Source: Antedon mediterranea (lineage: Eukaryota; Animalia; Echinodermata). From it: 64,000 nt of DNA. Positions 13,692 through 24,200 of this stretch are shown in pieces. The notes below the pieces were generated by a model. The model was not told where the DNA came from. It was given only the letters and a program-made list of their open reading frames with translations, and did no database searches. Position numbers and translations under genes: made by a program. The stretch is taken from the NCBI RefSeq assembly GCF_964355755.1, contig NC_092679.1, positions 13,065,432 through 13,129,431 on the forward strand, in the 5' to 3' direction. Position 1 is the stretch's first letter. The number at the start of each line of letters is the position of its first letter.

Positions 13692-16600
13692 ATGTATTTC
13701 TTTTCTTGCTATTTACTTCTGGGCATGATATCTTTATCAACACCAGGTTTGTAACTTTCTGACGTTTATAGGATTACATTAGGATTGTATTAGCCATAAT
13801 GTAATTTCAATCTGTTAGTATATTCTAAAAAATCAACATATATTATGTAATGAAACTTGACTCAAAGTATGCTAGTTATCAAGGGTAATTTCGTATAGCA
13901 CTTCTACACGTGTGTTTCTGTATTATCTTCATCTCGTAAAATTGTTGAATCTCAACTCAATGCAAATCACTTTCTTCAGGCCTACCCGTTACACCTATAG
14001 TCCCTGGTATTTCACAGATAATAATACAATAAATTCATTATCCATGATACGTTGCTAATCGACGCAATTTACTAACAAAAATTTGGGATCTTTATATCCA
14101 AACATAGTTAAGTTACAATTAATTAATTAGACTTACTGCATCATCCAACTTAACATTTTTAATCGCAATCTTCAATCACTAATGAATGATATACTCCATG
14201 ACTTGAAATAATAAAGGAAGCTATAGTGTGTGATCTTGCAAAAGAGTGGGGCCTAAATACGATTTTTGTTTCAATTTTAGTTTCTTGTAAGTAAATGTCT
14301 GCATAATCAATTATTCCTCATTATTTTGCTTATATAAGACAAGTGACAGGTTTGTTTAATTGTTAGGTTTTGGAAAACCTCCTCCAAAAGATAGTTTTGT
14401 TCAACTTACTAGTATTGATTGGTCTATTGGTACTGGTGCGTTGGTTATAGGTGAGGATGATAACACTACATTGAAATACATAGCGACCATGTCAGCTGAT
14501 TCAAGAGATTTGAATGGAATTAATCTGTGGACTCTCAGTGTATTTGGGGCAAAAAATATACATGGAACTGGTAGTAAATATAGTTATAAGCCACATACAT
14601 TATCTATTGAGCAACAGGCAAAATCTCTGAAGAAGAGAGGGAATGATCAACCAGTCCTCTCATTTACTGTGCCAGACTTCCGCTTTGATCTTTCGGGCGT
14701 GGGTTGTGGAAAGTACAAATATCTCTGTGCCAAATTCGACAAGAATGAAAATGCTGAACCAGATTACGTGTTTAGAAATACACCATTGACGATGAACTGC
14801 AAGAAGAGTGGTTGTTTTAACGGTAAGTCTCTACAACAAAGTCAAAGTTAATTTAACTCCTAATTGTATAAAATAATAATTAAAAAAATTGGTCTACAAC
14901 GTCGATTAGTCGATTGACATAATATCATGTAGGGCTTCATACATGTTTATGTAATCAACGCTTATTATTGTGTTATTTAATATTGTTTCTAATAATTACA
15001 TCAATTGATTCTTTTCAAGTGGTCGTTCTTTCAATGGATATCGAAGCATCTGGTGAATTTAATGTAACGTCAGGATTATCAGATAACGAAATGGCTTTCG
15101 ACGTGTCTTTGATATCTAGGGGTCCTATCGGTGTCAATGGTTCTAATTCATGGAATGTAGCAGTCTATGTTACTGACCAAGATGATGGTCTAGGTATACG
15201 CTACAACGAAGCACGACAAGCTTTAAACGGTTTTCAGAGTGCTACAAGACTTGTGCCATACACAACATCAAGAATTGGTATTGTACATTACTCCGCTGAT
15301 TTGACAGGTTTAACTTGTAATCAAGCACAATATGTTTGTTTACATCTCACAAAAAGAAGTGACTCACAATATAAATTTGTAATTCATCCGACAAATGAAA
15401 ACATTGATCCAGATGAAACTGTAGTCTACAAATGTTTTCCAATTAATTGTAAAGGTAAGTTATACTTAAAGTAAATTGCTACACAGCCTCATCATTTCTA
15501 ATTAATGTGCACAATAGTGTCAAATGCTGCCACCAAACGGCGCACATTCATCTGTCCACAACGACAGGGGATGACTGGGAGGGTAGACCGGTGTCACCCC
15601 TACTCTTCCAAACGATGAACTGTGTTCTTTTAAAGACCAGATATGTACACTAGACCTGTAACTCCTTATCCGAGAAGTATAAGGTTAAACGACTTAATAC
15701 AGCTAACAAGTTGAACTACTGCAAGATGTAAGTAAAATCTGTATTTTTGAAAGCCCCATTGGTCTAATGGTTAGGACTTCTGCATACCAAGAAGAAGGTT
15801 CCTGGTTTGAATCTCGGTTGGGGCCTTTCTCACAAATTTCCTCATCAAATTAATTGATTAAATTTCAGTATATCACAGGGCGGTTTAGAATTCATGTTCT
15901 GTGCCTGATGTGTATATATTTATAAGAAAACTAATTCTTCATCCTTTTAAAATTACGGATGTGTCAATTGTTTTGGTTGTGCGCCTATATTCAAAGCCAA
16001 GTTTTTTATTTTAAATAAATACCGTTGAGAATTGAAATTAATTTATTTTTATAACTGTATTTACACGTAAGTACTTCAGATCGTACGTAAAGTTCGTAAT
16101 ACAGGTAAAATGTGTATTACATTTATCGCCTGTATCATGGAAGATTAGTATAACGTTATAGTATGTGGGCTTATAATACATGCTTCACATGCATATGTGA
16201 TAATGTATCAAAACATTATGTATGATACTGATGTAACTGTAGACAGAACACAGAATTGACTGGTCAAATAGTCCACTTTTATTCTACATTCTTATACAGG
16301 AAATAAAGCAACAAAAACAACAAGGATGTTTCTTACTTCTATTGATTGGGCTATTGGTACTGATACAATGGTTATCGGTGAGGATGACATTGATAACACT
16401 ACATTAGAATACAAAGCGTACATGTCAGATCATTCAAGACAGGTGGATGGAATTAATTTGCAATGGACTCTCAGCGTGTTTGGGGCAAAGAATATTTATG
16501 GAACTGGTAAAAAATATAGTTATATGCCACAGGTATTGTCTACTGAGCAACAGACCACATCACTGACAAAAGAGAACAATAAAACAGTCCTCTCATTTAC

Positions 16601-18953
16601 CGTGCCTGACTTTAGATTTGATTTTTCGGGTGACAGTTGCGAAGAGTACAAATATCTATGTGCCAAATAAGACAACACTGGAGATGCTGAGCAAGAATAC
16701 GGACTTGGAAATTCAGCATTGAAGCTTAACTGCAAGAAGAGTGGTTTTTGCCACAACAGTAAGTCTCTAAAAACCTTAACCAAATTAAAGCTGTTAGCAT
16801 AACAGTTGAAGTTGTGGTAAGACACTTGACTATCATTTACTGAAAGTTTGAGAAAAGTTGATTAATTATTATATATTATTGTATGTATCGTCTTTACTTT
16901 ACTAAATGTACCTTTATGTTTCCGACAGTCAATCTTGCAATGGAAGCTGAGCATCCTGGTGTATTAATAACACCAATCTCATTGTCAGTTAATGAAGTAG
17001 ATTTCAATGTGTCTGTGATATCTAGAGGTTCTATCGGTGTCAATGGTTCTAATTCATGGAATATAGCAGTCTACATTACTGACCAAGATGATGGTCTAGG
17101 TACACGATACAGAGAAACACAACAGGCTTTGAACAGTGTTCAGAGTGCTACAAGACTGGCGCCATTCACAACATCAAGAATTGGTATTGTTTGTTACTCC
17201 GTTGATATGATAGGTGTAACTCGTGATTATGCAAAATATGTTTGTTTACATCTCACTAAAAGAAGCGACTCACAATATGAATTTGTAATTCATCCGACAA
17301 ATTCAAAACTTAATCCAGATGAAACTGTAGTCTACAAATGTTTTCCAATTAATTGGCCAGGTACAGTTGATCTTATTATTTGTGAAGCTACACACTCTTT
17401 AAAATATTTGTATAAGTGATATAGTAAAGTCACATTGTGTTAATCCATATTTTGAGACTTTGTTTTGTTTTTTTGCTTTAAAAATGAATAACCATCAGCC
17501 ATTACAGTAGAACTTCTCATTTTGGATACCCAGTTATGTTTTTACTCAACATACTAAAAATATAACATTCTTTTCTTCTGTTTAGCATCTTACAATAAAA
17601 AAACACGTTATGGCTTTGGTAAGTTGAATATTCGTTTGAATAATGTATATAATAATTTATGCGGATATACCTTTTAAAGTAAACCTTTCAAAAACTTATC
17701 TCATAAACAGGGAAAAAACTACAACAATTTGAGCCTACCGATATTATCATGACCTATTTGGAATGGTCTATCGGTACCGGTGCGTTGGTTATAGGCGAGG
17801 ATGATAACACTACATTGAAATACAAAGCGATCATGACAGAAAGATCAGGGGAGGTGGAAGGCAATAATCTATGGACTCTCAGTGTATTTGGAGCGAAAAA
17901 TATACATGGAATTGGTAGAAAATATAGTTATAAGCCGCAGGTGTTATCTATTGAGCAACAGGCAGAACCTCTGAAGAAGGGAGGGAATGATCAACCAGTT
18001 CTCTCATTTACTGTCCAAAACTTCCGTTTTGATCTTTCGGGCGTGGGTTGTGGAAAGTACAGATATCTCTGTGCCAACTTCGAGAAGAATGAAAATGCTG
18101 AACCAGATTTCGTGTTTAGAAATTTTAAAGTTAACTGCAAGAAGAGTGGTTGTTATAAAAGTAAGTACTGTAGGTCCACTATCCCAGCACAAAAGAAATT
18201 AAACAACTTAAACTACGTTCAGACTCATGACATTAGATTAAGGACTTGCCAAATATCAACATTTGCCAAATATAACTAGGCTTATATAAATCATTTGTAT
18301 TGGTATCGGATCTTACTTTAGATAGTGTCTCTTCAAATTAGATAAACATTGATACAACATGGAGTGTATGCCTATATATATATATATAGGTATAGAACTT
18401 TAATTAATAAGTGGAGGGCCTAATCCGAATTTCGTGATCGTGATAATAAATACATTTTAAACCGTCTTTATTTTATATATTGACCTAAATATTGTTTTTT
18501 TTTTCAGCGGTCAATCTTGCAATGGATGTCGAAGCTTCTGATAGTGTACATGTAAGCATGGGATCGCCAGAAAATAAAATGGCTTTCAATGTGTCTTTGA
18601 TATCTAGAGGTCCAATCGGTGTCAATGGTGCTAATTCATGGAATGTAGTAGTCTACGTTACTGACCAAGATGATGGTCTAGGCAAACGCTATAGCAAAAC
18701 ACGACAGGCTTTAAACAGTGTTCAGAGTGCTACAAGACTGGCACCATTCACAACATCAAGAATTGGTATTGTACCTTACTCCGCTGATATGACAGGTTTA
18801 ACTTGTAATCAAGCACAATATGTGTGTTTACATCTCACAAAAAGAAGTGACTCACAATATAAATTTGTAATTCATCCGACAAATGAAAGCATTGATCCAG
18901 ATGAAACTGCTGTCTACAAATGTTTTTCCATTTTCTGCGGATTGTTCATTTAA
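13692..18953 (+). CDS. Secreted protein with three tandem A-B pairs of ~145-aa Cys-containing domains (uncharacterised; exon A2 has an in-frame stop)
   Basis: Exons 13692-13746 (MYFFSCYLLLGMISLSTP), 14367-14822 (A1), 15020-15454 (B1), 16300-16758 (A2), 16929-17360 (B2), 17586-17618 (linker), 17711-18160 (A3), 18508-18953 (B3, TAA). All internal junctions are GT-AG, phase 1. Confidence 0.8.
14367..14822 (+). CDS. Repeat-domain gene, exon A1
   Basis: TTGTTAG|GTTTTGGA ... AACG|GTAAGT. Motifs LWTLSVFGAKN, FDLSGVGCGKYKYLCAKF. Confidence 0.85.
15020..15454 (+). CDS. Repeat-domain gene, exon B1
   Basis: TTTTCAAG|TGGTC ... AAAG|GTAAGT. Motifs WNVAVYVTDQDDGLG, DLTGLTCNQAQYVCLHL. Confidence 0.85.
15526..15680 (-). 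mobile_element. SINE fragment (Nin/Deu-domain-like)
   Basis: Minus strand contains TTCTCGGATAAGGAG...TAAAAGAACACAG...GAAGAGTAGGGG, resembling the Nin/Deu SINE central domain (recalled, not searched). Confidence 0.4.
15753..15824 (+). pseudogene. tRNA-like sequence (tRNA pseudogene or SINE head)
   Basis: Acceptor stem GCCCCA/TGGGGC, A box TGGTCTAATGG, degenerate B box GGTTTGAATCT, mismatched anticodon stem, apparent anticodon ACC. Confidence 0.55.
16300..16758 (+). pseudogene. Repeat-domain gene, exon A2, with premature TAA at 16668-16670
   Basis: TATACAG|GAAAT ... AACA|GTAAGT. GCC AAA TAA GAC aligns to GCC AAA TTC GAC of A1, and homology continues past the stop. Confidence 0.8.
16929..17360 (+). 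CDS. Repeat-domain gene, exon B2 (degenerate)
   Basis: Homologous to B1/B3. Acceptor is shifted 3 nt relative to B3, and two conserved Cys are replaced (C>R, C>W). Confidence 0.7.
17711..18160 (+). CDS. Repeat-domain gene, exon A3
   Basis: TAAACAG|GGAAAA ... AAAA|GTAAGT. Open and highly similar to A1. Confidence 0.85.
18508..18953 (+). CDS. Repeat-domain gene, terminal exon B3
   Basis: TTTTCAG|CGGTC ... CFSIFCGLFI-TAA. No donor at the position used in B1/B2. Confidence 0.85.
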
Positions 18954-19404
18954 AATACTGTAGGTGCGTGTTGAATTATGTTAACAAATACTATACACTA
19001 ATAATGTAATAATATAAATATCGACGATATCAACTAAACCGGGATTTAGCATTAGATTCTACTGATTTTAAAGTTAATTGTTGACACTATAGCAATAGAT
19101 GGTGAATGAATGAGAAGGTGAGAATTCGAAGAAGGAAATAGTATACAAATATTTACTGGGCTGAGGGGCATGGTTAAAAATATATCCCAAGCTGGTATGG
19201 AGACTATACTATTTTCCGAGACGATGGTTATCATAAGAACCGCAAGTCTGTGAGTATCCATGGTGTCCCGAGTCCACGACGGCTATTGTAGGTTCAAACT
19301 TAATATTTAGTTCTTGCAAATATATAAGGGCGCGTTTGCAAACGCAGTTATACATCTAGATAAAAATATTGTATCTAGTAACTCAATCTTCTAGACATAG
19401 CCAA

Positions 19405-19585
19405 TTCATCCATTATCATACACACATCATCATACATACATCATCATCCATCCATCCATCATCATACATCCATCGTTATCCATCCATCATCATCCATCCA
19501 TCATTACCCATCCATCATCATACATCATCATCCATCCATCATCATCCATCCATAATCATACATACTTCATCCATCCATCCATCTA
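19405..19585. repeat. Degenerate (CATC/CAT)n microsatellite
   Basis: Direct reading. It explains the His/Ile/Ser-rich ORF at 19369-19671. Confidence 0.85.
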
Positions 19586-19709
19586 TCGATCAAAATTGGT
19601 CAAATATTTACTTTAATACAATTCTGGGCTTTCGAAGCATAACTGACTGTGGGTCACAAGAGGAAAAATAACCCATGTAATATATACCCACACATCATAA
19701 GTTTTAAGT

Positions 19710-20850
19710 TTTAAGCAAACTTTGCTCTGTTACCGGTAAAACACGGTTATTTCGTTCGTTCGTATTTAAGTTCGTCCTAATATTTACGGACGTACGGAAA
19801 TGCAAAACTATACGTACAATTATGATTTGGCCTTAAATTATGGAAAACCCCCGGCAAATTAATAATTATGGACAAATCGATTATTAGCTTTGACAATATG
19901 CCTAAAGAAAAGGAATGAATATATTGCGTTCGTCGATGAATTTTATTTTTACGCAAAGTTCATGTGTGAATGCATGAGTCAGAATTGCAGGGAATTTTAT
20001 CATTGTTAAGTGTTTATTGTTAGCTTAATTGTTCAAATTTGTAAAAGAAGTAATGCTGGCGTCATCGAATTTAACGACTTTCACAACCAAAATATTTCTT
20101 TGTAAACAAATTAATTTTAAATGCAACGTTACAAAAATAACCCCCTGCGTCATCACTGCATGGATACCTAATAATCAGACTAGAATATAATAATTGAATA
20201 GTGAGGGATTAGTTACAGTGTTGAATTTAAATAAACTATTGGTAAGCTTAACTTTGCCGTCAGATTTTTTAATTTACTGAAAATCCAAAATGAACTTGCT
20301 CTTATAATACAAACAAAATTATTCAGTCAAAGAAACACTCTACTACACATGAGAAATAGATATGTTATGTCGGTAAATACATTTCTGACGACGACTAACA
20401 CAACGACAATCAGCTAAATGTATTCGTGATTTTATTTCATCACTGGCTTGTTACATTATCATTACACATTACCGGACTTCTCTCTCTACCGCATTGAACG
20501 GCAGTGCAGATCTTCTCTATCTGGGCTCGTGTATGTACTACGTCATTCACAAATTACCCAAGTAATTACAAGTTCCATCCTAGATGATTACGATTGGTGG
20601 GATGATATGTATGGAATATGGATGAAATTGATCTGATGGATGGATTTAAGCAAACTTTGCTCTGTTACCGGTATAACACGGTTATTTCAAAATTTGGCCT
20701 AATATTAAATTTAGATAAATAGTGTACACGGAAATACAAAACTATACGTACAATTATGATTTGGCCTTAAATCATTGATAACCCGATAACCGCAAACATT
20801 ATGGACAAACCGATTATTAACTTTGGCAATATGCTTAAGGAAAAGGATTG
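19710..20850 (+). repeat. Local ~200-bp direct repeat (19710-19920 and 20646-20850)
   Basis: Both contain TTAAGCAAACTTTGCTCTGTTACCGGT..ACACGGTTATTT and AAAACTATACGTACAATTATGATTTGGCCTTAAAT. Confidence 0.75.
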
Positions 20851-21784
20851 AATCTTTATTTGATCATATAGCCAAATACGGTATGATAACCTACGTCATT
20901 CTTATCGGATGTTTGCGGTCTGCAAATCGTTTTCTAGGCGTGTTTCACAAGTCTGTATTTTCAGACAAAAATATAAATAAAAACAAATAAAAAAAAAAGA
21001 CAATGAATACAGACTTGGGGCAAGTCTATTGTTGTCAGTGTCATAAAAGAAGACTCACAAAACGCACAACATATCATACAAGATCGGTCATTCCGTTTTC
21101 AACGAAATTAACTGAAGAACACAGGTTTAAAGACTTTGAACATGATTCCACTACCTTGGTTCTTTTTTATTTTGTTTGGTAGTATGCCTATAGACGGTCA
21201 ATGGAATCCACAATGCCAATCCAATTGTTCTTGGACGGTAAGTTTTAGACTTTAGACTCTGGCCTAGGCTAGTTGGAACTCAGATCATGCTTGGTTGTTG
21301 TAGGCCTGATTATTACTTACTAATGGGTGCACTTCCATCGAAAACATGTCGATTGCGAAACCCTGTGTAATTATTCAATTACAATTGAAAAAGGAATTAT
21401 GTACGAAAAATGTCTAAATTCAGTTAAAAAAAACCCTCTGCAGCAGGTTTCTTTTTGCTTGTTTTTGATTTTTTAAGCGCCTTGAATTGATTTAAATAAC
21501 TATTGTAGATGTTAATTAGGATTTTCAGTTTTAGTTAAACTCTTGTTGTTAATTGTTAAATTGTTAATTTAAGTTGTGTATGATGTCTTACGGCCTTGTA
21601 AAACAACGCCATTGAGGTGAACAAATGTTACCATGATTAAATAAAGTTTTATTATTATTCTAGCTATAGGCCTACTTATTTTTCCGTCCTTTTAATAATC
21701 CGGCATTCATTGTCCCACAATGCTTGTCACACATTGCGGAGAACATTCCTAGGAATACTAGTATTACTATAGTAGGTCTTGAGT

Positions 21785-21960
21785 TAGACTTGCCCCAAGT
21801 CTGTATTATCTTTTTTTTAAATTTATTTTTTTTTATTTCGAGCGCGATTTTTGTCTGAAAATATCCAAAATCAAGTAGTATACGTATGAAACGCCATATG
21901 TGCCAAAATATTTATCTTTTTACTAATATTAAGACAAAACTCCGCCTGGAACCCAGACTA
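21785..21960 (-). mobile_element. Second copy of the 176-bp TAG...CTA MITE
   Basis: Reverse complement of 931-1106. 9-bp TSD GTCTTGAGT at 21776-21784 and 21961-21969. A related partial copy ends at ~21028. Confidence 0.85.
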
Positions 21961-22655
21961 GTCTTGAGTAGGTCTGGTTGACCTGTTATATTCCCCGTAA
22001 TTCTTGGCAGAAGAGAGAGAGAGTGAGAGAAGAAGAACTATAATAGTGACAAGAAGTTATTTCATAAGTCAATAACAACACTGAAGTTTGAGATTCTACA
22101 AGGTTTGATTTTCAAGTTATGTCTAGTCTTATTCTGTATTTAGATATTGTCACTGTTACTTTTGAATGAATGATATAGAGCTTTCGATATGCTACGAACG
22201 AGTACCGACGACATAGGTCAAGCATCTATTTTTATAACTCCATTGGTCAAGTCAATCGATGTGTCGTCGGTTGTCACCCTGGACCTAGAAATCATCTGTA
22301 TCGTCAAGGAGCGAGGACACGCACCCCATTAATCCTGCATGATGTAGTTTGGACATCGGTTATGCAAATGGAGAGAAAAAGTGATGACGTCACGTTTCCG
22401 ACTGCGTTGGGTACAAACAAAGTTTGGTCGGCCATCTTGTCCTATTCTAACGCATTGATTTAACACCGCTTTTTCGTACATCCCGATAAATTTCGTTTTT
22501 ACATAATTTAGAGTTGATCATCTTGCTTTATTTTACTACGTTACTACTGTTGAATATTTTGCTGATGATATATCGTAAGTTCACTTTCAGTTTATAATCA
22601 ATGTTAAAAAATATATTCAACAGTAGTAACGTAGCTCCCCTAATACTCTCTTCTA

Positions 22656-23058
22656 AAAGATGTATTGGCCCCAAAAACATGAAACATTAGATTAATAAGA
22701 TCAGACTTGAATAGGCCGTTGTAGTTTTAACAAAACTGTGAGGGTTCCTAATGATCAGCTTTGGCTGGATGGACCATCCTTGTAAAATATTGTTGAAATA
22801 AAATAAACAAAGTTAATCACTTCCATAGAAGAAAAAAATCTATTAAATGACAAATTAAGTGGTTAAATTCAACCAAAAACCCATCGGCTAGCAGCAAATT
22901 TGATTATTTTTTTGCTTTTCATTACAGTTTTTTCAGGTAAATAATTTTATAGCGATCTAATTTTTGGTTAAAATGAATAACTATTATGTGACATTAGAAT
23001 GGAATATTCAACAAAAACATTAAAACATTTTGAATTTTTTAGGGGGACAATCTTTAAG
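22656..23058. mobile_element. Degenerate TTAA-flanked MITE (Kolobok-like); related pieces at ~10537-10590 and ~39893-40070
   Basis: Ends AAAGATGTATTGGCCCC and GGGGGACAATCTTTAA. Internal TAAATTCAACCAAAAACC..GGCT..AGC..ATTTGA motif is shared with ~39980. Confidence 0.4.
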
Positions 23059-23328
23059 TAATTGATTGTATTCATACCCTCGTGATTCTGTAACCATTCT
23101 CACACTGTTTTCAACAGGATTCCAAGGCAAGCCGCCCCATATACTCTTTAAAGTGCTATCATATGTTGACAAAGTAGCAATCCTCAAAAACCGACATAAA
23201 CTCGCTAGTCCAGGTGCCTACATTATAGACGAACTAACCCGCACGGAAAGGCAAGAGAAGAACAAGTGGAAGACCCAAGTTAAAGCCCTGTATGATCAAG
23301 GAATCAAGCTTAGATTCAGAGCCGGGAA

Positions 23329-24200
23329 GCGATTTCTTTTTCGTACATAAGTTGGGGACCCCTCATGAAACGTCACAAAATAGGCATGAATAATTCATCA
23401 GTTAAATTTGTTGTTCCGTGTGCACCCAAGCGTATAGCAACAAGTGATTATTACAACTGCGATACGATTCTTCCTAGGCCTAGGATTCACGTGATTGCCT
23501 TGGCGCACTCTTCACACACATACTACCACCAGGGAGTTGTTTTACAACTCCCTGCTACCACTATGCAAAATGTGTCGAGACTAATCGACAGCTAGGCAAG
23601 ACACATTCAGCTAAGTAGTATTGGTCATAGCCCAAAGAAAGTTTAGACACACGAGAATAAAGAATGTGTATAATTTTGTGTACTGTAATTGTGTAATTCT
23701 GTTATTTTATTATAATATCAAACAATATGCATGTACTCAAAGGAACTTTAAAAATGCGCGTATATTAACACGAGAATAAATTTTGTGTAATGTAATTGTT
23801 TAATTTTGCTGACTTATTACTCGGAGTACCTAACACACACACCCACACAGACTACTAGAATAGACACGAGCTTTAGAGACTAATAATTAGGCCTAATAGT
23901 ATTAATAGAAACTATAATTTTAACACGTAATTCTTTAGTAATAAATTCTATTTAAAAAAAACCCAAAAACTAAAAACAGATTATTTCGACAATCCACACA
24001 AAACGCCGATATTCTTTTATGAAATCGCACGCCGCAAACACAGTGGAGAATCACTAAGGCCTAGAATCGTATCGCAGTTGTTCTTGTTGCTATACGCTTG
24101 GGTGCACACGGAGCAAGAAAATTTAACTGATGAATTATTCATGTTTATTTTGTGACGTTTCATAGGGGGTCCCCAACTTATGTACGAAAAAAAAAATCGC
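23329..24200. mobile_element. Mutator-like (MULE) non-autonomous element
   Basis: ~140-bp TIRs starting GCGATT..TTTTTCGTACATAAGTTGGGGACCCC. Perfect 9-bp TSD AGCCGGGAA at 23320-23328 and 24201-24209. Confidence 0.85.

Larger units (their letters stand above)
288..14017 (+). repeat. Tandem segmental duplication: copy 1 at 288-11486 (expanded by TE insertions), copy 2 at 11487-14017
   Basis: Colinear similarity from TGTTTGTTAAAGTTAAATGGTACTCC (289/11488) to CCCTGGTATTTCA(T/C)AG (ending 11486/14017). Copy 2 shows the empty sites of the insertions in copy 1. Confidence 0.9.

Noticed and set aside
15753-15824. Functional tRNA-Gly(ACC)
   Set aside because: Mismatched anticodon and T stems and an altered B box. 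Better explained as a pseudogene or SINE head.
19369-19671. His-rich 100-aa ORF
   Set aside because: Translation of a (CATC)n microsatellite.
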